Shown here: positions 12,071 through 25,493 of the stretch, one piece after another | Layout: every line of letters begins with the position of its first letter | How positions within the stretch are numbered: the first letter of the stretch is position 1 | Assembly: GCA_964016885.1 (NCBI GenBank) | Contig: OZ024744.1 | Coordinates: 77,872,001 to 77,936,000, forward strand | Direction: 5' to 3' | Length of the DNA stretch: 64,000 nt | DNA from: Eledone cirrhosa | Taxonomy: Eukaryota | Program-made: the position numbers and the translations under genes | The notes under the pieces: generated by a model | Told to the model about the DNA's origin: nothing | The model's database searches: none | Seen by the model: only the letters and a program-made list of their open reading frames with translations

Positions 12071-14257
12071 TGGTGAGATATAGTCTGTGGTGAGATATAG
12101 TCTGGGGTGAGATATAATCTGGGTTGAGATATACTCTGTGGATAGATATAGTCTGGGGTGAGATATAGTCTGGGGTGAGATATAGTCTGGGGTGAGATAT
12201 AATATGGGGTGAGGTATAGTCTGTGGTAAGATATAGTGTGGGGTGAGATATAGTCTGTAGTCAGATATAGTCTGGGGTGAGATATAGTCTGGGGTGAGAT
12301 ATAGTCTGTGGTGAGATATAGTCTATAGTGAGATATAGTCTGTCATGAGATATAGTGTGTGGTGAGATATAGTCTGTTATGAGATATAGTGTGTGGTGAG
12401 ATATAGTCTGTCATGAGATATAGTGTGTGGTGAGATATAGTCTGGGGTGAGATATAGTCTGTTGTGAGATATAATCTGTCATGAGATATAGTGTGTGGTG
12501 AGATATAGTCTGGGGTGAGATATAGTCTGTTGTGAGATATAATCTCTGGTGAGATATAGTCTGTAGTGAGATATAGTCTGTGGTGAGATATAGTCTGTGG
12601 TGAGATATAGTCTGTGGTGAAATATAGTCTGTGGTGAGATATAGTCTGGGTTGAGATATAGTCTGTGGTGAGATATAGTCTGTGGTGAGATATATAGTCT
12701 GTGGTGAGATATAGTCTGTGGTGAGATATAGTCTGGTGTGAGATATAGTCTGGGTTTGAGATATAATCTGTCGTGAGATATAGTCAGGGGTGAGATATAG
12801 TCTGTTGTGAGATATAGTCTAGGGTAAGATATAGTCTGTGGTGAGACATAGTCTGTGGTGAGATATAGTCTATGGTGAGATATAGTCTGGGGTGAGATAT
12901 AGCCTTCGGTGAGATATAGTCTTTGGTAAGATATAGTGTGGGGAGAGATATAGTCTGTAGTCAGATATAGTCTGGGGTGACATATAGTCTGTGGTGAGAT
13001 AAAGTCTGTAGTGAGATATAGTCTGTAGTCAGATATAGTCTCGGTGAGATATAGTGTGGGGTTTGATATAGTCTGTACTCAGATATCGTCTGGGGGATAT
13101 ATAGTCTGGTCTGAGATATAGTCTGTAGTGAGATATAGTCTGGGGTGAGAGATAGTCTGGGGTGAGATATAGTCTGGGGTGAGATATAGTCTGTGGTGAG
13201 ATATAGTCTGTGGTGAGATATAGTCTGGGGTGAGATATAGTTTGTGGTGAGATATAGTCTGTAGTGAGATATAGTCTGTTGTAACATATAGTGTGTGGTG
13301 AGATATAGTCTGGGGTGAGATATAGTTTGTAGTGAGATATAGTCTGTAGTGAGATATAGTCTGTGGTGAGATATAGTCTGGATTGAGATATAGTCTGTAA
13401 TGAGATATAGTCTGTGGTGAGATATAGTCTGTGGTAAGATATAGTTTGTGGTGAGATACAGTCTCTGGTGAGATATAGTCTTTGGTGAGATATAGTCTGT
13501 ATTGAGATATAGTCTATGGTGAGATATAGTCTATGGTGAGATATAGTCTGGGGTGAGATATAGTGTGTGCTGAGATATAGTCTGTGGTGAGATATAGTCT
13601 GTGTTAGGATATAGTCTGTGGTGAGATATAGTCTATTGTGAGATATAGTCTGTCGTGAGATATAGTCTGTTGTAAGATATACTCTGTGGTGAGATATAGT
13701 GTGTTGTGAGATATAGTCTGGGGTAAGATATAGTCTGTGGTGGCATATAGTCTCTGGTGAGATATAGTGTGTGGTGAGATATAGTCTGGGGTGAGATATA
13801 ATCTGCGGTGAGATATAGTCTGGTGTGAGATATAGTCTGTAGTGAGATATAGTCTGGGGTGAGATATATTCTGTGGTGAGATATAGTCTGTTTTGAGATA
13901 TAGTCTGGGGTGAGATATAATCTTGGTTGAGATATACTCTGTGGATAGATATAGTCTGGGGTGAGATATAGTCTATGGTGAGATACAGTCTGGGGTGAGA
14001 TATAATCTGCGGTGTGATATAGTCTGTGATAAGATATAGTGTGGGGTAAGATATAGTCTGTAGTCAGATATTGCCTGGGGTGAGATATAGTCTGTGGTTG
14101 GATATAATCTATGGTGAGATATAGTCTGGGGTGAGATATAGTCTGTAATGAGATATAGTCTGTGGTGAGATATAGTCTGTGGTAAGATATAGTCTGTGGT
14201 GTGATATAATCTGTGGTGAGATATAGTCTGTAGTGAGATATAGTCTGTAGTGAGATA

Positions 14258-14610
14258 AAATTGTTAACCATGTTGCCAACAACAACCCTGAGTGCCTTTT
14301 CGATTTCCATGTGTCTAACACACGTGGACATGCCCACAATGTAAGAAAACAGCACAGTTCCCATGACTTTCGTAGACATATTTTCACGCTCAGAGTTGCT
14401 GAAGCATGGAACAAACTACCTGCATCAGTTGTTAGCTGTCGAGACACTGCATCCTTTAAGGCCTCCATGCTTCCCGAGATTCGCCAACACTACAGCTAAC
14501 ACATACAAACATGTACTTCCCTGGCATTTGTGTATTATTCTATGTACTATATTGACGAGTTGTAGTGCACCTGAGCACTTTACACAATAATTTCATTATT
14601 ATTATTATTA
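14258..14610 (+). mobile_element. CR1-like LINE 3' fragment, 353 bp (copy 1): last 80 codons of ORF2, 3'UTR and (ATT)5 tail
   Basis: Reads KIVNHVANNNPECLFDFHVSNTRGHAHNVRKQHSSHDFRRHIFTLRVAEAWNKLPASVVSCRDTASFK...HYS* (stop ends at 14499). TRGH and FxxRVxxxWNxLP are typical of the CR1 ORF2 C-terminus. It matches the 56.8-kb element at 64/80 aa. Confidence 0.93.
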
Positions 14611-17600
14611 TAATCTGGGGTGAGATGTAGTCTCAGGTGAGATATAGTATGTGGTGACATATAGTCTGCGGTGAGATATAGTCTGGGGTAAGATATAGTC
14701 TGTGGTGTGATATAGTCAGTGGTGAGATATAGTCTATGGTGAGATATAGTCTGTGGTGAGATATAGTCTATGGTGAGATATAGTCTGTGGTGAGGTATAG
14801 TATGTGGTGAGATATAGTCTGGGGTGAGATATAGTCTGTTGTGAGATATTGTCTGTGGTAAGGTATAGTCTGTGGTGATATATAGTCTGTAGTAAGATAT
14901 AGTCTATGGTGTGATATAGACTGTGGTAAGTTATAGTCTGGGCTGAGATGTAGTCTGGGGGGAGATATAGTCTGGGGGGAGATATAGTCTGTGGTGAGAT
15001 TTAGTCTGTGGTAAGATATAGTCTGGGGTGAAATATAGTCTGGGGTGAGATATAGTCTGTGTTGAGATATAATCTATGGTTAGATATTGTCTGTAGTGAG
15101 ATATAGTCTGTGGTGAGATATAGTCTAGGGTGAGATATAGTCTATGGTGAGATATAGTCTGCGGTGAGATATAGTCTGGGGTGTGATATAATCTGGGTTG
15201 AGATATACTCTGTGGTGAGATATATTCTGTGGTGAGATATAGTCTGTGGTGAGATATAGTCTGGGGTGAGATATAATCTGGGGTGAGATATAGTCTGTAG
15301 TGAGATATAGGCTGTTGTGAGATATAGTGTGTGGTGAGATATAGTCTGTGGTGAGATATAGTCTTTGGTGAGATATAGTCTGTGGTGAGATATTGTCTTT
15401 GGTGAGATATAGTCTGGTGTGAGATATAGTCTGTAGTGAGATATAGTCTGTGGTGAGATATAGTCTCTGGTGAGATATAGTCTGTGGTTAGATATTGTCT
15501 GTGGCGAGATATAGTTTGTAGTGAGATATAGTGTGGGGTGAGATATAGTCTGTTGTGAGATATAGTCTGTGGTGAGATATAGTCTGTTGTGAGATATAGT
15601 CTGGAGTGAGATATAGTCTGTGGTGAGAAATAGTCTGTGGTGAGATATAGTCTGGGGTGAGATATAGTCTATGGTGAGATATAGTCTGGGGTGAGATATA
15701 GTCTGTGGTGAGATAAAGTCTGACATGAGATATAGTCTGTGGTGAGATATAGTCTGTGGTAGGATATAATCTGGGGTGAGATATAGTCTGTGGTGAGATA
15801 TAGTCTGTAGTGAGATATTGTCTGTGGTGAGATATAGTCTGTGGTGAGATATAGTCTGTGGTAAGATATAATCTGTGGTGAGATATAGTCTGTGGTGAGA
15901 TATAGTCTGTGGTGACATATAGTCTCTGGTGAGATATAGTCTATAGTGAGATATAGTCTGTAATGAGGTATAGTCTGTGGTGAGATATAGTCTGTGATGA
16001 GATATAGTCTGGTGTGAGATATAGTCTGGAGTGAGATATACTCTGTGGTGAGAGATTGTCTGGGGTGAGATATAGTTTGGGGTGAGATATAGTCTGTGGT
16101 GAGATATAGTCTGGGGTGAGATATAGTCTGTGGTGAGATATAGTCTATGGTGAGATACAGTCTGTGGTGAGATATAGTCTATGGTGAGTTATAGTCTGTG
16201 GTGAGATATAGTCTGTGGTGAGATATAGTCTGGGGTGAGGTATAGTCTGTGGTGAGATATATTCTGTGGTGAGATATAGTCTGTGGTGAAATAAAATCTG
16301 TAGTGAGTTATAGTCTCAGGTGAGATATAGTCTGGGGTGATATATAGTCTGGGATGAGATATAGTCTGTGGTGAGATATAGTCTATGGTGAGATACAGTC
16401 TGTGTTGAGATATACTCTATGGTGAGTTATAGTCTGTGGTGAGATATAGTCTGTGGTGAGATATAGTCTATGGTGAGATATAGTCTGGGGTGAGATATAG
16501 CCTTCGGTGAGATATAGTCTTTGGTAAGATATAGTGTGGGGAGATATATAGTCTGTAGTCAGATATAGTCTGGGGTGACATATAGTCTGTGGTGAGATAA
16601 AGTCTGTAGTGAGATATAGTCTGTAGTCAGATATAGTCTCGGGTGAGATATAGTGTGGGGTTTGATATAGTCTGTACTCAGATATCGTCTGGGGGATATA
16701 TAGTCTGGTCTGAGATATAGTCTGTAGTGAGATATAGTCTGGGGTGAGATATAGTCTGGGGTGAGATATAGTCTGGGGTGAGATATAGTCTGTGGTGAGA
16801 TATAGTCTGTGGTGAGATATAGTCTGGGGTGAGATATAGTTTGTGGTGAGATATAGTCTGTAGTGAGATATAGTCTGTTGTCACATATAGTGTGTGGTGA
16901 GATATAGTCTGGGGTGAGATATAGTTTGTAGTGAGATATAGTCTGTAGTGAGATATAGTCTGTGGTGAGATATAGTCTGGATTGAAATATAGTCTGTAAT
17001 GAGATATAGTCTGTGGTGAGATATAGTCTGTGGTAAGATATAGTTTGTGGTGAGATATAGTCTGTGGTGAGATATAGTCTGTAGTGAGATATAGTCTGTA
17101 GTCAGATATAGTCTGGGGTGAGATACAGTCTCTGGTGAGATATAGTCTTTGGTGAGATATAGTCTGTATTGAGATATAGTCTATGGTGAGATATAGTCTA
17201 TGGTGAGATATAGTCTGGGGTGAGATATAGTGAGTGCTGAGATATTGTCTGTGGTGAGATATAGTCTGTGTTAGGATATAGTCTGTGGTGAGATATAGTC
17301 TATTGTGAGATATAGTCTGTCGTGAGATATAGTCTGTTGTAAGATATACTCTGTGGTGAGATATAGTGTGTTGTGAGATATAGTCTGGGGTAAGATATAG
17401 TCTGTGGTGGCATATAGTCTCTGGTGAGATATAGTGTGTGGTGAGATATAGTCTGGGGTGAGATATAATCTGCGGTGAGATATAGTCTGGTGTGAGATAT
17501 AGTCTGTAGTGAGATATAGTCTGGGGTGAGATATATTCTGTGGTGAGATATAGTCTGTTTTGAGATATAGTCTGGGGTGAGATATAATCTGGGTTGAGAT

Positions 17601-17890
17601 ATACTCTGTGGATAGATATAGTCTGGGGTGAGATATAGTCTATGGTGAGATACAGTATGGGGTGAGATATAATCTGCGGTGTGATATAGTCTGTGATAAG
17701 ATATAGTGTGGGGTAAGATATAGTCTGTAGTCAGATATTGCCTGGGGTGAGATATAGTCTGTGGTTGGATATAATCTATGGTGAGATATAGTCTGTGGTG
17801 AGATATAGTCTGTGGTAAGATATAGTCTGTGGTGTGATATAATCTGTGGTGAGATATAGTCTGTAGTGAGATATAGTCTGTAGTGAGATA

Positions 17891-18243
17891 AAATTGTTAA
17901 CCATGTTGCCAACAACAACCCTGAGTGCCTTTTCGATTTCCATGTGTTTAACACACGTGGACATGCCCACAATGTAAGAAAACAGCACAGTTCCCATGAC
18001 TTTCGTAGACATATTTTCACGCTCAGAGTTGCTGAAGCATGGAACAAACTACCTGCATCAGTTGTTAGCTGTCGAGACACTGCATCCTTTAAGGCCTCCA
18101 TGCTTCCCGAGATTCGCCAACACTACAGCTAACACATACAAACATGTACTTCCCTGGCATTTGTGTATTATTCTATGTACTATATTGACGAGTTGTAGTG
18201 CACCTGAGCACTTTACACAATAATTTCATTATTATTATTATTA
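17891..18243 (+). mobile_element. CR1-like LINE 3' fragment (copy 2; gtgtttaac variant)
   Basis: Same sequence and junctions as copy 1 except a C>T change (S>F; ORF at 17944). Confidence 0.93.
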
Positions 18244-21200
18244 TAATCTGGGGTGAGATGTAGTCTCAGGTGAGATATAGTATGTGGTGACATATAGTCT
18301 GCGGTGAGATATAGTCTGGGGTAAGATATAGTCTGTGGTGTGATATAGTCAGTGGTGAGATATAGTCTATGGTGAGATATAGTCTGTGGTGAGATATAGT
18401 CTATGGTGAGATATAGTCTGTGGTGAGGTATAGTATGTGGTGAGATATAGTCTGGGGTGAGATATAGTCTGTTGTGAGATATAGTCTGTGGTAAGGTATA
18501 GTCTGTGGTGATATATAGTCTGTAGTAAGATATAGTCTATGGTGTGATATAGACTGTGGTAAGTTATAGTCTGGGCTGAGATGTAGTCTGGGGGGAGATA
18601 TAGTCTGGGGGGAGATATAGTCTGTGGTGAGATTTAGTCTGTGGTAAGATATAGTCTGGGGTGAAATATAGTCTGGGGTGAGATATAGTCTGTGTTGAGA
18701 TATAATCTATGGTTAGATATTGTCTGTAGTGAGATATAGTCTGTGGTGAGATATAGTCTAGGGTGAGATATAGTCTATGGTGAGATATAGTCTGCGGTGA
18801 GATATAGTCTGGGGTGTGATATAATCTGGGTTGAGATATACTCTGTGGTGAGATATATTCTGTGGTGATATATAGTCTGTGGTGAGATATAGTCTGGGGT
18901 GAGATATAATCTGGGGTGAGATATAGTCTGTAGTGAGATATAGGCTGTTGTGAGATATAGTGTGTGGTGAGATATAGTCTGTGGTGAGATATAGTCTTTG
19001 GTGAGATATAGTCTGTGGTGAGATATTGTCTTTGGTGAGATATAGTCTGGTGTGAGATATAGTCTGTAGTGAGATATAGTCTGTGGTGAGATATAGTCTC
19101 TGGTGAGATATAGTCTGTGGTTAGATATTGTCTGTGGCGAGATATAGTTTGTAGTGAGATATAGTGTGGGGTGAGATATAGTCTGTGGTGAGATATAGTC
19201 TATGGTGAGATATAGTCTGTTGTGAGATATAGTCTGGAGTGAGATATAGTCTGTGGTGAGAAATAGTCTGTGGTGAGATATAGTCTGGGGTGAGATATAG
19301 TCTATGGTGAGATATAGTCTGTGGTGAGATATAGTCTGTGGTGAGATATAGTCTGTGGTAGCATATAATCTGGGGTGAGATATATTCTGTAGTGAGATAT
19401 AGTCTGTGGTGAGATATAGTCTGTGGTGAGATATAGACTGTGGTGAGATATAGTCAGTGGTGAGATATAGTCTGTAGTGAGATATTGTCTGTGGTGAGAT
19501 ATAGTCTGTGGTGAGATATAGTCTGTGGTAAGATATAATCTGTGGTGAGATATAGTCTGTGGTGAGATATAGTCTGTGGTGACATATAGTCTCTGGTGAG
19601 ATATAGTCTGTAGTGAGATATAGTCTGTAATGAGATATAGTCTGTGGTGAGATATAGTCTGTGATGAGATATAGTCTGGTGTGAGATATAGTCTGGAGTG
19701 AGATATACTCTGTGGTGAGAGATTGTCTGGGGTGAGATATAGTTTGGGGTGAGATATAGTCTGTGGTGAGATATAGTCTGGGGTGAGATATAGTCTGTGG
19801 TGAGATATAGTCTATGGTGAGATACAGTCTGTGGTGAGATATAGTCTATGGTGAGTTATAGTCTGTGGTGAGATATAGTCTGTGGTGAGATATAGTCTGG
19901 GGTGAGGTATAGTCTGTGGTGAGATATATTCTGTGGTGAGATATAGCCTGTGGTGAAATAAAATCTGTAGTGAGTTATAGTCTCAGGTGAGATATAGTCT
20001 GGGGTGATATATAGTCTGGGATGAGATATAGTCTGTGGTGAGATATAGTCTATGGTGAGATACAGTCTGTGGTGAGATATACTCTATGGTGAGTTATAGT
20101 CTGTGGTGAGATATAGTCTGTGGTGAGATATAGTCTATGGTGAGATATAGTCTGGGGTGAGATATAGCCTTCGGTGAGATATAGTCTTTGGTAAGATATA
20201 GTGTGGGGAGAGATATAGTCTGTAGTCAGATATAGTCTGGGGTGACATATAGTCTGTGGTGAGATAAAGTCTGTAGTGAGATATAGTCTGTAGTCAGATA
20301 TAGTCTCGGGTGAGATATAGTGTGCGGTTTGATATAGTCTGTACTCAGATATCGTCTGGGGGATATATAGTCTGGTCTTGGATATAGTCTGTAGTGAGAT
20401 ATAGTCTGGGGTGAGATATAGTCTGGGGTGAGATATAGTCTGGGGTGAGATATAGTCTGTGGTGAGATATAGTCTGTGGTGAGATATAGTCTGGGGTGAG
20501 ATATAGTTTGTGGTGAGATATAGTCTGTAGTGAGATATAGTCTGTTGTAACATATAGTGTGTGGTGAGATATAGTCTGGGGTGAGATATAGTTTGTAGTG
20601 AGATATAGTCTGTAGTGAGATATAGTCTGTGGTGAGATATAGTCTGGATTGAGATATAGTCTGTAATGAGATATAGTCTGTGGTGAGATATAGTCTGTGG
20701 TAAGATATAGTTTGTGGTGAGATATAGTCTGTGGTGAGATATAGTCTGTAGTGAGATATAGTATGTAGTGAGATATAGTCTGGGGTGAGATATAGTCTCT
20801 GGTGAGATATAGTCTTTGGTGAGATATAGTCTGTATTGAGATATAGTCTATGGTGAGATATAGTCTATGGTGAGATATAGTCTGGGGTGAGATATAGTGT
20901 GTGCTGAGATATAGTCTGTGGTGAGATATAGTCTGTGTTAGGATATAGTCTGTGGTGAGATATAGTCTATTGTGAGATATAGTCTGTCGTGAGATATAGT
21001 CTGTTGTAAGATATACTCTGTGGTGAGATATAGTGTGTTGTGAGATATAGTCTGTGGTAAGATATAGTCTGTGGTGACATATAGTCTCTGGTGAGATATA
21101 GTGTGTGGTGAGATATAGTCTGGGGTGAGATATAATCTGCGGTGAGATATAGTCTGGTGTGAGATATAGTCTGTAGTGAGATATAGTCTGGGGTGAGATA

Positions 21201-21676
21201 TATTCTGTGGTGAGATATAGTCTGTTTTGAGATATAGTCTGGGGTGAGATATAATCTGGGTTGAGATATACTCTGTGGATAGATATAGTCTGGGGTGAGA
21301 TATAGTCTATGGTGAGATACAGTCTGGGGTGAGATATAATCTGCGGTGAGATATAGTCTGTGATAAGATATAGTGTGGGGTAAGATATAGTCTGTAGTCA
21401 GATATTGTCTGGGGTGAGATATAGTCTGGGGTGAGATATAGTCTGTTGTGAGATATAGTCTATGGTGAGATATGGTCTGTCATGAGATATAGTCTGTGGT
21501 GAGATATAGTCTGTGGTTGGATATAATCTATGGTGAGATATAGTCTGGGGTGAGATATAGTCTGTAATGAGATATAGTCTGTGGTGAGATATAGTCTGTG
21601 GTAAGATATAGTCTGTGGTGTGATATAATCTGTGGTGAGATATAGTCTGTAGTGAGATATAGTCTGTAGTGAGATA

Positions 21677-22029
21677 AAATTGTTAACCATGTTGCCAACA
21701 ACAACCCTGAGTGCCTTTTCGATTTCCATGTGTCTAACACACGTGGACATGCCCACAATGTAAGAAAACAGCACAGTTCCCATGACTTTCGTAGACATAT
21801 TTTCACGCTCAGAGTTGCTGAAGCATGGAACAAACTACCTGCATCAGTTGTTAGCTGTCGAGACACTGCATCCTTTAAGGCCTCCATGCTTCCCGAGATT
21901 CGCCAACACTACAGCTAACACATACAAACATGTACTTCCCTGGCATTTGTGTATTATTCTATGTACTATATTGACGAGTTGTAGTGCACCTGAGCACTTT
22001 ACACAATAATTTCATTATTATTATTATTA
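21677..22029 (+). mobile_element. CR1-like LINE 3' fragment (copy 3)
   Basis: Same sequence and junctions as copy 1 (ORF 21730..21918). Confidence 0.93.
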
Positions 22030-25000
22030 TAATCTGGGGTGAGATGTAGTCTCAGGTGAGATATAGTATGTGGTGACATATAGTCTGCGGTGAGATATAG
22101 TCTGGGGTAAGATATAGTCTGTGGTGTGATATAGTCAGTGGTGAGATATAGTCTATGGTGAGATATAGTCTGTGGTGAGATATAGTCTATGGTGAGATAT
22201 AGTCTGTGGTGAGGTATAGTATGTGGTGAGATATAGTCTGGGGTGAGATATAGTCTGTTGTGAGATATAGTCTGTGGTAAGGTATAGTCTGTGGTGATAT
22301 ATAGTCTGTAGTAAGATATAGTCTATGGTGTGATATAGACTGTGGTAAGTTATAGTCTGGGCTGAGATGTAGTCTGGGGGAGATATAGTCTGGGGGGAGA
22401 TATAGTCTGTGGTGAGATTTAGTCTGTGGTAAGATATAGTCTGGGGTGAAATATAGTCTGGGGTGAGATATAGTCTGTGTTGAGATATAGTCTGTGGTGA
22501 GATATAGTCTGTTGTGAGATATAGTCTGGGGTAAGATATAGTCTGTGGTGAGATATAGTCTGTGGTGAGATATAGTCTGTGGTAGGATATAGTCTGTGGT
22601 GTGATATAGTCTGTTGTGAGATATAGTCTGTCGTGAGATATAGTCTGTTGTAAGATATACTCTGTGGTGAGATGTAGTGTGTTGTGAGATATAGGCTTGG
22701 GTAAGATATAGTCTTTGGTGACATATAGTCTCTGGTGAGATATAGTGTGTGGTGAGATATAGTCTGGGGTGAGATATAGTCTGTTGTGAGATATAGTCTC
22801 TGGTCAGATATAGTGTGTAGTGAGATATAGTCTGTTGTGAGATATAGTCTGTGGTAAGATATAGTCTGTGGTGAGATTTTGTCTATGGTGAGATATAGTC
22901 TGGTGTGAGATATAGTCTGTAGTGAGATATAATCTGGGGTGAGATATAGTCTGTGGTGAGATATAGTCTGTGGTGAGATATAGTCTGGGGTGAGATATAA
23001 TCTGGGTTGAGATATACTCTGTGGATAGATATAGTCTGGGGTGAGATATAGTCTGGGGTGAGATATAGTCTGGGGTGAGATATAATATGGGGTGAGGTAT
23101 AGTCTGTGGTAAGATATAGTGTGGGGTGAGATATAGTCTGTAGTCAGATATAGTCTGGGGTGAGATATAGTCTGGGGTGAGATATAGTCTGTGGTGAGAT
23201 ATAGTCTATAGTGAGATATAGTCTGTCATGAGATATAGTGTGTGGTGAGATATAGTCTGTTATGAGATATAGTGTGTGGTGAGATATAGTCTGTCATGAG
23301 ATATAGTGTGTGGTGAGATATAGTCTGGGGTGAGATATAGTCTGTTGTGAGATATAATCTGTCATGAGATATAGTGTGTGGTGAGATATAGTCTGGGGTG
23401 AGATATAGTCTGTTGTGAGATATAATCTGTGGTGAGATATAGTCTGTAGTGAGATATAGTCTGTGGTGAGATATAGTCTGTGGTGAGATATAGTCTGTGG
23501 TGAAATATAGTCTGTGGTGAGATATAGTCTGGGTTGAGATATAGTCTGTGGTGAGATATAGTCTGTGGTGAGATATATAGTCTGTGGTGAGATATAGTCT
23601 GTGGTGAGATATAGTCTGGTGTGAGATATAGTCTGGGTTTGAGATATAATCTGTCGTGAGATATAGTCAGGGGTGAGATATAGTCTGTTGTGAGATATAG
23701 TCTAGGGTAAGATATAGTCTGTGGTGAGACATAGTCTGTGGTGAGATATAGTCTATGGTGAGATATAGTCTGGGGTGAGATATAGCCTTCGGTGAGATAT
23801 AGTCTTTGGTAAGATATAGTGTGGGGAGAGATATAGTCTGTAGTCAGATATAGTCTGGGGTGACATATAGTCTGTGGTGAGATAAAGTCTGTAGTGAGAT
23901 ATAGTCTGTAGTCAGATATAGTCTCGGTGAGATATAGTGTGGGGTTTGATATAGTCTGTACTCAGATATCGTCTGGGGGATATATAGTCTGGTCTGAGAT
24001 ATAGTCTGTAGTGAGATATAGTCTGGGGTGAGAGATAGTCTGGGGTGAGATATAGTCTGGGGTGAGATATAGTCTGTGGTGAGATATAGTCTGTGGTGAG
24101 ATATAGTCTGGGGTGAGATATAGTTTGTGGTGAGATATAGTCTGTAGTGAGATATAGTCTGTTGTAACATATAGTGTGTGGTGAGATATAGTCTGGGGTG
24201 AGATATAGTTTGTAGTGAGATATAGTCTGTAGTGAGATATAGTCTGTGGTGAGATATAGTCTGGATTGAGATATAGTCTGTAATGAGATATAGTCTGTGG
24301 TGAGATATAGTCTGTGGTAAGATATAGTTTGTGGTGAGATACAGTCTCTGGTGAGATATAGTCTTTGGTGAGATATAGTCTGTATTGAGATATAGTCTAT
24401 GGTGAGATATAGTCTATGGTGAGATATAGTCTGGGGTGAGATATAGTGTGTGCTGAGATATAGTCTGTGGTGAGATATAGTCTGTGTTAGGATATAGTCT
24501 GTGGTGAGATATAGTCTATTGTGAGATATAGTCTGTCGTGAGATATAGTCTGTTGTAAGATATACTCTGTGGTGAGATATAGTGTGTTGTGAGATATAGT
24601 CTGGGGTAAGATATAGTCTGTGGTGGCATATAGTCTCTGGTGAGATATAGTGTGTGGTGAGATATAGTCTGGGGTGAGATATAATCTGCGGTGAGATATA
24701 GTCTGGTGTGAGATATAGTCTGTAGTGAGATATAGTCTGGGGTGAGATATATTCTGTGGTGAGATATAGTCTGTTTTGAGATATAGTCTGGGGTGAGATA
24801 TAATCTTGGTTGAGATATACTCTGTGGATAGATATAGTCTGGGGTGAGATATAGTCTATGGTGAGATACAGTCTGGGGTGAGATATAATCTGCGGTGTGA
24901 TATAGTCTGTGATAAGATATAGTGTGGGGTAAGATATAGTCTGTAGTCAGATATTGCCTGGGGTGAGATATAGTCTGTGGTTGGATATAATCTATGGTGA

Positions 25001-25140
25001 GATATAGTCTGGGGTGAGATATAGTCTGTAATGAGATATAGTCTGTGGTGAGATATAGTCTGTGGTAAGATATAGTCTGTGGTGTGATATAATCTGTGGT
25101 GAGATATAGTCTGTAGTGAGATATAGTCTGTAGTGAGATA

Positions 25141-25493
25141 AAATTGTTAACCATGTTGCCAACAACAACCCTGAGTGCCTTTTCGATTTCCATGTGTCTA
25201 ACACACGTGGACATGCCCACAATGTAAGAAAACAGCACAGTTCCCATGACTTTCGTAGACATATTTTCACGCTCAGAGTTGCTGAAGCATGGAACAAACT
25301 ACCTGCATCAGTTGTTAGCTGTCGAGACACTGCATCCTTTAAGGCCTCCATGCTTCCCGAGATTCGCCAACACTACAGCTAACACATACAAACATGTACT
25401 TCCCTGGCATTTGTGTATTATTCTATGTACTATATTGACGAGTTGTAGTGCACCTGAGCACTTTACACAATAATTTCATTATTATTATTATTA
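25141..25493 (+). mobile_element. CR1-like LINE 3' fragment (copy 4)
   Basis: Same sequence and junctions as copy 1 (ORF 25194..25382). Confidence 0.93.

Noticed and set aside
13633-14590. ORFs MSTKVMG..., MEALKDAV... (minus strand) and MTFVDIF... (plus strand), repeated at each insert
   Set aside because: These are antisense or off-frame readings of the LINE fragment, some running into satellite. The true frame is the TRGH/WNKLP one.
14241-14627. Target-site duplication around the 353-bp insert
   Set aside because: The flanks (tagtctgtagtgagata and taatctggggtgagatg) are different monomer variants. Only 2-3 bp of microhomology is visible.
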